From positions 6,752 to 70,751 of the forward strand of contig CAMBKU010000002.1 in NCBI GenBank assembly GCA_945868305.1: a DNA stretch of 64,000 nucleotides. Direction: 5' to 3'. Origin of the DNA: an uncultured Lachnospiraceae bacterium. Lineage in GTDB: Bacteria > Bacillota > Clostridia > Lachnospirales > Lachnospiraceae. Below the pieces are notes generated by a model. It was not told the origin of the DNA and did no database searches. It saw only the letters and a list, made by a program, of their open reading frames with translations. A program made the position numbers and the translations under genes. Every line of letters begins with the position of its first letter. Position 1 is the first letter of the stretch. Shown here in pieces: positions 19,313 through 28,500 of the stretch.

Positions 19313-20050
19313 CTATACTGCTATATCCACAATCTTTTCTGCCATACGTACTGACAGAAGATAAAAAACGAGGCATACTGTCATAAAACAAATTCCTATC
19401 AAATTGCCATAAAGCACTGACAAAAATTCCGGTGAAGTAAGGTCTAAATACAGCAATATAAAAACAGGAACCGCCTGCATCACGTTCTGTTCCAGCCGTT
19501 TTGCTGCCATCACAGTCTCTATTTCCCGCTGTATTTCGATTTTATCGGCAATTTTTCCAACCGTTGTTTTTATAATTTTTACAAAGTCTCCGCCCCCTCT
19601 TTTTGCGAACAAAAGCACCTGACAAAAACTCTCCACATCCTCAATACCACTTCTTTTTGAAAAATCCAAAAGCTGTTGCTCTATTGGCTGATTGAGTGCT
19701 GTCTTTGCATTCATCTCCTGCAATTCCCGCACCATACATGATTGCTTTCCATATAATTGACGCACTTCTTTTTCTGCCTCCCGAAAGGCATTCTCCAAAG
19801 AATATCCCGCCGCCAGCGCTCCCGCCACAGCCTGTAACGTATCTTTAAATTCCACGCTTAACGTTGCTTTCTGCTGCCGGATTTTTTCTTTTCTTTTTCG
19901 CCTTAAAAGCAACGGATAAATAACAACCATTCCTGCCATAACAAAGATGGAATGATAACAAAGGTAAGCAACCACTCCTGTAAGACCTGCACTTTCCAAT
20001 ATAATCCAAAATCTTTCTTTGTGCGAAAAATGATAACTTTGATAATTCAT
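19313..20050 (-). CDS. TadB-like pilus platform protein
   Basis: ALAAGYSLENAF, KRGGGD, AAKRLEQ; TM segments. Confidence 0.85.
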   Translation of the reverse strand: MNYQSYHFSHKERFWIILESAGLTGVVAYLCYHSIFVMAGMVVIYPLLLRRKRKEKIRQQKATLSVEFKDTLQAVAGALAAGYSLENAFREAEKEVRQLYGKQSCMVRELQEMNAKTALNQPIEQQLLDFSKRSGIEDVESFCQVLLFAKRGGGDFVKIIKTTVGKIADKIEIQREIETVMAAKRLEQNVMQAVPVFILLYLDLTSPEFLSVLYGNLIGICFMTVCLVFYLLSVRMAEKIVDIAV

Positions 20051-20064
20051 GTATTCTCCCCTCG

Positions 20065-21276
20065 TCAAATCGCAATTCCAGCCGCAAAAAGCTTTTCTTT
20101 GTGTTTCAGTTCCCCGGTCTTTTCCCAGACACCTTCCACTCTGCCCTTTGCCTGCCCGGTTTCCCGAAAACGGAACAGCGAATGCAGTACGATTTCTCCA
20201 TCTTCCATCCCATCCACCTCCATAATCTCAATCATCTTTCTGCTTCTGTCACGCAACCTTCCTAAATGCACCAGGATGTCTATTCCGGAAGCAATCTGTC
20301 CGCGGATAGCCGGAAGCGGAAGTTCCATTCCCATTAACACCATCGTCTCCAGTCTTCGCAGCATGTCCTCAGCAGAATTGGAATGTCCGGTGCTCAAACT
20401 TCCGTCATGCCCTGTATTCATCGCCTGAAGCATATCGAGCGCCTCGGCTCCACGGCACTCGCCAACGAGAATACGGCTTGGCCTTAGCCGAAGTGCCGTC
20501 CGAATCAAATCCCGGATGGAAACCGCATTTGTTCCCTGCACGTTGGCATTTCTGGTTTCTAGCCGTACCAGGTTCGGGATTCCGGTAATCTTTAATTCTG
20601 CCGAATCTTCGATTGTAATAATACGTTCCTCTTTAGGGATAAAATCAGACAATGCATTTAAAAATGTCGTCTTGCCGGAACCGGTTCCTCCTGAAATAAA
20701 AATGTTGTATCCTGCTTTTACCAACTTTTCCAAAAACGCTGCTGCTTCTTCGGAAATGGACTGATATTCTAAAAGCTGCTTCATACGCATAGGTTCCTTC
20801 GGGAACTTACGGATACAGATTGTGGAACCGTCCAGTGCAATGGGATAAAGTACGATATTTACACGGGAGCCATCCGGCAAACGGGTATCTACAATCGGAT
20901 TAGATTCATTTACCATCCGGTTGTTGTTTCCCACAATCTGCTGAATGATATCCTCAAGCTTTTCCTCTGAAAAAAATTTTCCTTCCCATTCAAACATCTG
21001 ACCCTTCTTTTCATAGAAGATACGTTTGTGTCCATTCACCATAATTTCTGTAATTTCCTCATCTTCTATCAGTTCCTGCAAAACATCCAGCTTGCGAAGG
21101 GAATTAAATACATTCCTTGTAAGCAATTCCCTGTTTTCCAATGTCTGAATCCGCCCTTTTTTGCTTTCTCTTATTTCTTTTTGTATCAGATTTAATATCT
21201 CCTCATCACTGATATCTCTGGAAACATCCATCTGCTCTAAAACCCGTCTTCGAATTTCATTTACCTGCTCACTCAA
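20065..21276 (-). CDS. cpaF: CpaF/TadA pilus assembly ATPase
   Basis: EIMVNG, DGSRVN, GGTGSGKTT, TIEDSAEL, VGECRG, MNTGHDGSLSTGH; probable TTG start at 21276. Confidence 0.92.
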   Translation of the reverse strand: MSEQVNEIRRRVLEQMDVSRDISDEEILNLIQKEIRESKKGRIQTLENRELLTRNVFNSLRKLDVLQELIEDEEITEIMVNGHKRIFYEKKGQMFEWEGKFFSEEKLEDIIQQIVGNNNRMVNESNPIVDTRLPDGSRVNIVLYPIALDGSTICIRKFPKEPMRMKQLLEYQSISEEAAAFLEKLVKAGYNIFISGGTGSGKTTFLNALSDFIPKEERIITIEDSAELKITGIPNLVRLETRNANVQGTNAVSIRDLIRTALRLRPSRILVGECRGAEALDMLQAMNTGHDGSLSTGHSNSAEDMLRRLETMVLMGMELPLPAIRGQIASGIDILVHLGRLRDRSRKMIEIMEVDGMEDGEIVLHSLFRFRETGQAKGRVEGVWEKTGELKHKEKLFAAGIAI

Positions 21277-22285
21277 ACCCTTTTCCTCCCGTAAACTGTT
21301 TTCGAATATAATCACCAAATTCTCCCCATTCCAGTTCCTGCATAAAACCACCGTTTCCCGACGATATCGTACACTGCATTGTAACAGGAAGCACCTTTAT
21401 CCGCTCCAGAAAAGAAGCTTCCCCATACTCCTTTGCACACTGCAGGAACTGCTTCAAACGATTTTTTGCTCCCGCTTCTTCTCTGGTCAGGCAATAAATC
21501 TCTTTGCACTGCATTAACATTTCAAAAAATCCAGACAGCATTCCGCCAAAATCCAGAACCAGCACATCATAATCTGTCTCCTTTTGCAGCCATTCTAAAA
21601 GCCTTTGATAATCCGAAGATTCCGCCTCCCGCAACAATTCTCCAAAAAACACCGGCGGAAGATAGGAAACCTCCCCAAACTGATGTAGCATACTCTCGAA
21701 ACGAAGCTTCAAATTTTTTTCTTCCTGCCGCAGATAAAACAAAAAATCTCCCAGATCTTCCCTGTATTCTTCTCCAAAAAGCCCCGCAAAGCCCGCACAA
21801 TCCATAAAATTTAAATACAGCACACGTTCCGTTTCAGCCCGGATTTTCGCATATCCCATCGCCAGATACATCTGCATTGCATCCTGATGCGGCGAATAAA
21901 AAGCCGCAATTGTTTTCTTCCCGCCCGGATAAAACACATGCCTATCCTCCAGCCTCTCTCCTGCCATCCCCAAAAGATGCCGCAATATTTCTTCAATCTT
22001 CTGGTATTTGCAAATATGCGGATAGGCACTGTACTCCTCTGAAACCAGTTCCTCGCAGAATACAGCAAAAATCACGTCTGGATGATTCAAAATCTCCGGT
22101 GCAAAAAAATCCTCCGTCATGAGCACAATTTCGATTTTCCCAGCCTCCAGCCCCTCACATAGACCCTTTTTATCGGAATAAACCGCAATTTCAAGATTTT
22201 CCTTCTGATTTCCCTGTAAATATTTCAAAAGTTGGTTGCAATACATTTCTTCTTCATCACAAATTGCAGCAATTACTTTTTTCAA
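21269..22285 (-). CDS. CpaE/TadZ-like protein (receiver-like + degenerate ParA/MinD-like domain)
   Basis: AAICDEE receiver-like start, ICKYQ, VLYLNF, YDVLVLDFG; position before cpaF; probable TTG start after GGAGG. Confidence 0.7.
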   Translation of the reverse strand: MKKVIAAICDEEEMYCNQLLKYLQGNQKENLEIAVYSDKKGLCEGLEAGKIEIVLMTEDFFAPEILNHPDVIFAVFCEELVSEEYSAYPHICKYQKIEEILRHLLGMAGERLEDRHVFYPGGKKTIAAFYSPHQDAMQMYLAMGYAKIRAETERVLYLNFMDCAGFAGLFGEEYREDLGDFLFYLRQEEKNLKLRFESMLHQFGEVSYLPPVFFGELLREAESSDYQRLLEWLQKETDYDVLVLDFGGMLSGFFEMLMQCKEIYCLTREEAGAKNRLKQFLQCAKEYGEASFLERIKVLPVTMQCTISSGNGGFMQELEWGEFGDYIRKQFTGGKGFE

Positions 22286-22791
22286 TACACCACCTCCCAT
22301 AAATAGTACAGATACCCTGCCAAAATAGGGACTGAGAAACAAATCACGTCCTGCCTGCTTCTGCTTTCCCGATAACAGGTAATCTCGCGTGTACGGACCG
22401 TGCATCCTATATATTGCAAAAATTCCCACATTTTTCGCATCAGACTGCGGTCATAAAGCAAACGTACCATTGATATTCCCGCCCCAAAAAGAAATGCGAA
22501 AACAATACAACTGCACAACCCTTTGAAATTTAAAAAACTTCCAATAACTGAAAATAATTTGATATCGCCTGCGCCAAGCGCATGCATCAGAAATAAAAGA
22601 TAAAATAGGATAACCGGAAATGAGATATCTCTAAGAAATAAGAAAATTCCTACTACGCCACGTTCTATTACCCGGAACAACAAACCCAGTCCGAGCCCCA
22701 CAAAAATCAGCCGGTTACTGATTTTCTTTCTGCGCAAATCCATCCACACCGCTGTCACCAACAACTCAAGCAATGTCAGATATTTTAACAC
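22282..22791 (-). CDS. A24 prepilin peptidase (CpaA/TadV-like)
   Basis: WMDLRRKKISN and LGAGDIKL catalytic Asp motifs; first gene of operon. Confidence 0.9.
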   Translation of the reverse strand: MLKYLTLLELLVTAVWMDLRRKKISNRLIFVGLGLGLLFRVIERGVVGIFLFLRDISFPVILFYLLFLMHALGAGDIKLFSVIGSFLNFKGLCSCIVFAFLFGAGISMVRLLYDRSLMRKMWEFLQYIGCTVRTREITCYRESRSRQDVICFSVPILAGYLYYLWEVVY

Positions 22792-22822
22792 TCTGCCTCA
22801 TCACCTCGCTTTTGTAAGATGA

Positions 22823-22866
22823 ATTATACGGCATAAATTTGCATTTGTACATGTCGTTTCGCGAAA
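22823..22866 (-). promoter_or_regulatory. tad operon promoter with upstream palindrome
   Basis: TGTACA-N17-TATAAT; perfect palindrome TTTCGCGAAA at 22857-22866. Confidence 0.55.
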
Positions 22867-22869
22867 GTT

Positions 22870-23142
22870 TTAAAAAAATTGACAAAAAGATATTCCATAG
22901 AGCAGTGCGAAACCTCCTGCTCCAAGTGTACCTAGTGTCAATGCACTAAAAGGATTCATTCCGACACTCACCGGAATACCCTGCGCCGCAAAATAGCCAT
23001 TTAAAAAATAGACGCAGACCAGACCGCATACCATGCGGACAAAAAAATTCAATATCATTTCTCCCTTTTTTTTAATCATGCCAATCAGCAGAATCAGCAT
23101 GCACATACCAAGAATCACAACGATGCCATATTTTTTTTCCAT
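22870..23142 (-). CDS. bofA: BofA-family pro-sigmaK processing inhibitor
   Basis: Small 3-TM protein with VGMNPFSALTLGTLGAGG (typical IN...GxLGxPG). Confidence 0.75.
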   Translation of the reverse strand: MEKKYGIVVILGMCMLILLIGMIKKKGEMILNFFVRMVCGLVCVYFLNGYFAAQGIPVSVGMNPFSALTLGTLGAGGFALLYGISFCQFF

Positions 23143-23289
23143 ATACCAGCCGAAGCCTCTCCCTGAGTTCCCTTCTATATATACATATACGGATTTTTTT
23201 TAATTTATTCTTATTTTTGTATAGAATGGAGATTTTTGCTTATACTTAGTAAAAAGAAGATTTTTCCCATAAGAAAGCGGGGGATATGA

Positions 23290-23541
23290 TTGTTTCAGTT
23301 ATCCAAAAACAACCGAAAAAATGATAAACGTTATATGCTTTTATTAGATGATCTTGCCCGTACAAAAAGCGATCTGGAAAGCGCCTACACCAATTTTGAA
23401 AACATGGTAGAACCGGATTTAATCGATGCTTCCATTTACGAGGTAAAAGCCGTGCAGATGCGGTATCAATTTCTGCTCAGCTGTGTAAAACAAATAGAGG
23501 ATTCTTATACAAAGAATCCTCTGGAAGCTTCTGACTCCTGA
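23290..23541 (+). CDS. YaaL/DUF2508-family protein
   Basis: FENMVEPDLIDASIYEVKAVQMRYQFLL signature; next to bofA as in Bacillus. Confidence 0.8.
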   Translation: MFQLSKNNRKNDKRYMLLLDDLARTKSDLESAYTNFENMVEPDLIDASIYEVKAVQMRYQFLLSCVKQIEDSYTKNPLEASDS

Positions 23542-23981
23542 AAATTTTCATTTAAATTGTTTTTTCCATAGGTCATGCCTGCATACACCTGCTGTGTATT
23601 ATGCATAAGCGGTTCCGAAGTGTCCTTTTCGGCGGCTTTTGAAAAGCCCTCCCTAAGGCCGCCAAGAACCGTTTTTGCATGTCCAACTCCGGTAAGCTCA
23701 TGCTTTGCCATAGATAAAGCAAGTTCCTCCCTGCAATATACATACAAAGCATACAGCGTGTCCGCCGGATTGTATTTAAAATTTAAAGAATCCTGCAACT
23801 GTACCAAAACCCTGTCAGCATGCCGCAGGGCATTTTTAAAGTCCTCGCCATCTTCCGCCGAAAAGGCGGCTTCTGCATCTGCCAGATACGCAAACAAAAT
23901 GTCATACATCGTGACAACCAGACTGCTTCTGTTATCCTGACTGATTCTTCTGGTAAATTCCTGTATTTTCTCTTTTTCCAT
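23505..23981 (-). CDS. fliS: Flagellin export chaperone FliS
   Basis: LVVTMYD, LQDSLNFKY..ADTLYALYVY, LREGF; directly downstream of flagellin. Confidence 0.85.
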   Translation of the reverse strand: MEKEKIQEFTRRISQDNRSSLVVTMYDILFAYLADAEAAFSAEDGEDFKNALRHADRVLVQLQDSLNFKYNPADTLYALYVYCREELALSMAKHELTGVGHAKTVLGGLREGFSKAAEKDTSEPLMHNTQQVYAGMTYGKNNLNENFQESEASRGFFV

Positions 23982-24000
23982 AAGCTATTTCTTCCTGTTT

Positions 24001-25416
24001 TTACTGTAAGAGCTGCAATACCTGCTGTGGAATATCGTTTGCCTGTGCCAAAACGGAGGTGCCTGCCTGCTGCAATACCTGCTGGTTTGCGTAATTCGTC
24101 ATTTCCGTTGCCATATCAATATCTCTGATTCTGGAATATGCTGCGGTAAGATCCTCATCCGTCTGTCCAAGACTGCTGCTGGAATATTCCATACGGTTCG
24201 CATACGCACCAATTTTAGAACGCGCACTGGATACCATCGCAAGCGCTTCATCCAGAGTATCCATTGCATGATCCGCACCATTTATGGTTGTCACATCAAT
24301 CGTGTCCAGGTACAGGCTCTCAGAAGAAATTTTCGGGATGCGTACACTAATCATCTGATGTTCATTGGCACCAACCTGCACATCCATCGTTCCCATATCC
24401 GTCACTTCAAGTGTAACCGGACTGTTCGCAGTTACATCAAAATCGTCATCCAGCAAAAAGTTCATGGAAAAACCGTCTTTATCTGTAATATTGATTCGAT
24501 TGCCTTCTGTTGTCACAGTGGCCGTATCTTCAAAATTGGAACCTGTGCTTCCATCCGCTGCTTTCCGTATCAATGTTACTTTCGCATCTTCTCCGAACTC
24601 TGGTGTCCCTGTCACGTTTGTAGTCGTGGATTCATCTGTTTCAATAACTGTAACTTTATAGGAAATATCCAGCTTTGCTTCACTGCCATAAGCTGCTGAA
24701 GTAAATTTTACGGTTCCATCCGCCTGAATATCTGCTTTAGCCTCGCCTTTTTCTGCACAGGTGCGGACTTTTTCTTTGATTGTTTCTTCATCATCAGTAG
24801 ATTCGATTGTTACTTTATATCCGTTAATATTAAGCTCTGTTTCCTCTCCATCCGCCGGTTTTAAATTGTTCATCAGCCCGGTTGCTTCATATTCTGCCTT
24901 TTTTCCAGCTTCCGTAACCTCGACTTTATATTTTCCAGTCGTCACATAATCAGAAACTGATATTCTACTTACGTTCTTTGCATAAACTCTAGTGTCCAGG
25001 GTTCCATCCAACAAAGATTTTGTATTGTACTCTGTATCTCTGGAAATACGGTCTACTTCTTCCACCAGTTTGTTAATCTCCTCCTGGGAAGCCTGCTTGT
25101 CTTCCTGGGTATTCGTATCATTTGCTGCCTGAACTGCAAGTTCGTGCATTCTCTGGATAATATTTGTGATTTCGTTTAACGCTCCGTCCGCCGTATTGAG
25201 TGCGGAAGTCGCATTCTGGGCGTTGCGGTTTGCCTGCTCGATACCATCAATCTGCTGTTTCATTTTATTGGAAATGGCAAGTCCCGCCGGATCATCCTTT
25301 GCGCTGTTAATCCGAAGTCCGGAGGATAAGCGTTCGATAGACGCGGTCAGATTACTTTCCGTTCTGAGCAACTGGTTATTTGAAATTACTGCTGAAATAT
25401 TATGGTTGACTTTCAT
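24001..25416 (-). CDS. fliC: Flagellin (471 aa)
   Basis: MKVNHNISA..ERLSSGLRINSAKDDPAGLAIS; QRMHELAVQAAN; RSKIGAYANR; SRIRDIDMATEM..AQAN..QVLQLL. Confidence 0.95.
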   Translation of the reverse strand: MKVNHNISAVISNNQLLRTESNLTASIERLSSGLRINSAKDDPAGLAISNKMKQQIDGIEQANRNAQNATSALNTADGALNEITNIIQRMHELAVQAANDTNTQEDKQASQEEINKLVEEVDRISRDTEYNTKSLLDGTLDTRVYAKNVSRISVSDYVTTGKYKVEVTEAGKKAEYEATGLMNNLKPADGEETELNINGYKVTIESTDDEETIKEKVRTCAEKGEAKADIQADGTVKFTSAAYGSEAKLDISYKVTVIETDESTTTNVTGTPEFGEDAKVTLIRKAADGSTGSNFEDTATVTTEGNRINITDKDGFSMNFLLDDDFDVTANSPVTLEVTDMGTMDVQVGANEHQMISVRIPKISSESLYLDTIDVTTINGADHAMDTLDEALAMVSSARSKIGAYANRMEYSSSSLGQTDEDLTAAYSRIRDIDMATEMTNYANQQVLQQAGTSVLAQANDIPQQVLQLLQ

Positions 25417-25447
25417 ATATGCACCTCTTAATCTTCTTTGTAAGCCT

Positions 25448-25480
25448 CGCTTCCGTGCGGTTAACTGACACTCCCTGTCA
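25448..25480 (-). promoter_or_regulatory. Two GGA-loop hairpins (CsrA-type sites) in flagellin 5'UTR
   Basis: UGACA-GGGAG-UGUCA and CGC-ACGGAA-GCG. Confidence 0.7.
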
Positions 25481-25494
25481 CACATCTATTTATT

Positions 25495-25521
25495 ATATCG
25501 ACTCTTTTTTGTTTTTCTTAA
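25495..25521 (-). promoter_or_regulatory. sigma28 (SigD/FliA) promoter of flagellin
   Basis: TTAA-N15-GTCGATAT versus consensus TAAA-N15-GCCGATAT. Confidence 0.8.
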
Positions 25522-25537
25522 AGTATTTTTTCATTTT

Positions 25538-28500
25538 TTAAAGAGATTTTACCACTTCAAGGAAATTTTTTGCCATTGCATAAAGAGACGTTGTCTGAAT
25601 TTTTGCCAATTCTTTTTCGCCTTCCTGTTTTACGGCGTTCTTTCGCTCAAAGCGGTTTAAATCCAACGTATCGCTGGTCACAAAGTCTAATGCCGCCTTT
25701 TCTCCATTACCGTTTTCCCCAGCAGCAACTCCTACTGCCTCCTCGATTGCTGCCGCATTTTCTCTTAAGAAATCTGTCGTCTCCTCTCTGTCGGAAGCAA
25801 TATAACCGGAAATCCCCTCAGTAGATGCCTTTAATTCTGCCGCTACTTTTCCGAGACTGTCGGTTTCAAATGTAATATTAACCAATCCTTTTTCGGCTTC
25901 GCCACGGATAACCCGAAGATGTACGCTGGTAATCTCATTCTGAATCAAAATCGGAATCGCATAGGTCTCGTTCTTCGCCATCATGCCGCCAAGCTCAATC
26001 TGTGTGCGCATCAGCTTCATTTCTTTTACCCGCATGCTCGTTACGTTTGCGTGATCTACCAGCATAGTATTCATCACATTCTCTGCTGTTTTTTCCAGTT
26101 CTTCCTCGGCCTTTTTCATTTCCTCTGGCGTTTTTACAGCTTCTCCGTATTTTCTTAGCATCTCTGCTTTAGCCGCTTCAATATCCGTGTCTTTCTCATC
26201 ATTCTTCCACGGTTCCGAAAACAGTTTGCGAAACGCACCATTTCTGTTTTCCAGATATTCCTGTGCTGCCAGTATGTGATACATCGTATTTGGAATATCA
26301 TAATCCGCAAGCATCTGATAAACCTCCTCGGAGGCCTTCATACAGGTAACCATATCGCTTTGCTGCTCTCTCACATAGCTTTCCCGTTCCTCCTTTGGCA
26401 CCTCTGCATTGCGAAGCTGTTCCAAAAGCTGCTCCGGTGTCATATCCGCCGGATTTGTTTCCTTCATTACCGTACGCATTGCTTCCGGTGTCAATAAATC
26501 CAGCGCAGACTTTGCACAGTTGGTCTGATAAACTTTTTCAATCTGAGCGGTAATGGATTTTCCTGTCTCAGTCAGTTCTTCCATCGTGCCAAAAGAGTCA
26601 TCCACTGATACGTCCATATTCCGGTGTTTCATAGAACGCACTCCGGTCAAGAGATTTCGCATCGTAACTTCCACACCCTGCTCTACCAAAGCACCGATTA
26701 CCGCACCATCTGTTTTTTCCACCTGATTTAAGAGACGGTAAATTCCAATATAGGCCTCTCTTTCATCCTCGGAGATCGCATTGTTTTGCTCCAGTTTCCA
26801 CAGATATTCACTGAAACGCTCACTATCATCATTATTCAGATTGTTTTTTATCTCCTCCGCCTTCCGGTTTAACTCTGCAATGTCCATATCGAGCGGATTA
26901 ACGCCTGTCTTTATCATTTCTCTTACCACTGCAGGTGAAAGGTTTTTAAACGCCCGCTGTACCTCAGCATCCGCAGCTTTCATCTGCTCTATGGAATCCT
27001 CTGTAATATCCAGGCTGTTATAGGCAAGAATCCGTACCGCACGCTCGTTGTTCTCGCTGGTTTCCATATCAAGATCAGTTAAAATATCATCCACGTTACG
27101 GAATGCCTTCGTAATGGAATCGCCTAAATCTCTCCGTGGAGCTGTCATTAATGTTTCATAGCTCTCATTTGCCCGTTTCATGGTTTCTTCCAACACACTT
27201 CCTGCATTATGTAAACCATTTAAGGTGGAAATGTCCACGCTGCGGATTCCAAGTGTATACGCAGGCATTGTCTTTAATTCACCGACAACATCCACCGTAT
27301 CCGCAAACATTTTTATATTCTCTGCCGTTGCCGCCGCTCCTCCCTGCTCTAACAGGTTTTTATAATAATTGTTTTCGACGTTCTTTAATTCTTCTACCAG
27401 CTCTGCTAATGGTACAGTATCGATGGAAATTCCCTGCTTCAGCAATGCATAATTTGCCTTTGCCGTCATCGCGAGCCTGGTCTCCTCCAATTGACGTTTC
27501 GCTGTTACCAGCGCAATTTCCGTATCGGAAACCGTTTCCTGCTCCATCTGAGCAAAGACCTCTTTATACGCATCCCCACTCTGTTCATCTTGATCCGCCA
27601 GTGCATTTTGCTTTTCTGCCAGCGCGAGATTTTTGATAGTAAGCTCCATTCCGGCAGAAACAACCTTTGTGACGTCCTGTTCCGTTGCTTTTTCAATTAC
27701 ATCTACTGCCGCTTCCGCCATGTCTTTCATGGAATAACCGGAGATTAACATGGCATCCTTCGGGCGGTTGCCTTCTGCAATTGCAGCGGTAATGGCACAA
27801 AGCACTTCCATCCGATCTATCGGAAACTCCACTGCCTTTAATTTCTCCAGATAGCCAATGTTTTCTGCTGTTAAGGCAATATCGTTCTGGAGCATAAAAT
27901 GAGCATAACCCAGAGTTTCCGTGTTTACCGAAAGCCCTGCCTGCCCAATGATGTTTTCAATCTGGGATTGCATTGCTTCATAGTCAATCCCTGCATCGCT
28001 CGGTGCACTGTAGCTGGCACTTCCGCTATACTCTGCCTTATAGAGATTTTCAATCGTCGGCGGCAGTTCGTTATCCAGCATATATTTCACAGCACCGTCT
28101 GAAAGTTCCTTCATATTCTCCGCTTGGGCAACTGCTTCTGTGGCCTCCGTGAGATTGTCCTCCGTCACGGGAAGGTCTGCCTGCTTCAGGCTTTCTGCAA
28201 TCTGCGCTGCCAAGCCTGCGTTCCCCGTTATTTCCGTAAGAACTTCCTCACTCAAACCATCTCCCATACAGCTTACATCCACACCTGCTTTCGCAAGCTG
28301 CATTTTCATTTTATCCGTCACTGTAACAATGGTCTCTACTTCCGTTCCATACAAAGAAAACCCCTCGTCCTCTGCTTCTGCACAGTCCTTTGATGTCGCA
28401 GAGTTTCCGGCAAACAACATCTCATTTTTCATTAAGGTAGCGTCTAATGCGCCTGCCTGTGTCATCACATCCTCAATCGTTCCCTTTCCTTCCTCTGCCG

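Noticed and set aside
21277-22429. Long N-terminal overlaps suggested by the ORF track for cpaF, the CpaE-like gene and similar cases
   Set aside because: Downstream starts with good RBS give ordinary short overlaps; no frameshift or pseudogene is needed.
25417-25537. c-di-GMP riboswitch upstream of flagellin (also checked upstream of tad and MCP)
   Set aside because: No GEMM core (GGCAAA...GCAAA with tetraloop/receptor) seen; the leader is explained by a sigma28 promoter and CsrA-type hairpins.
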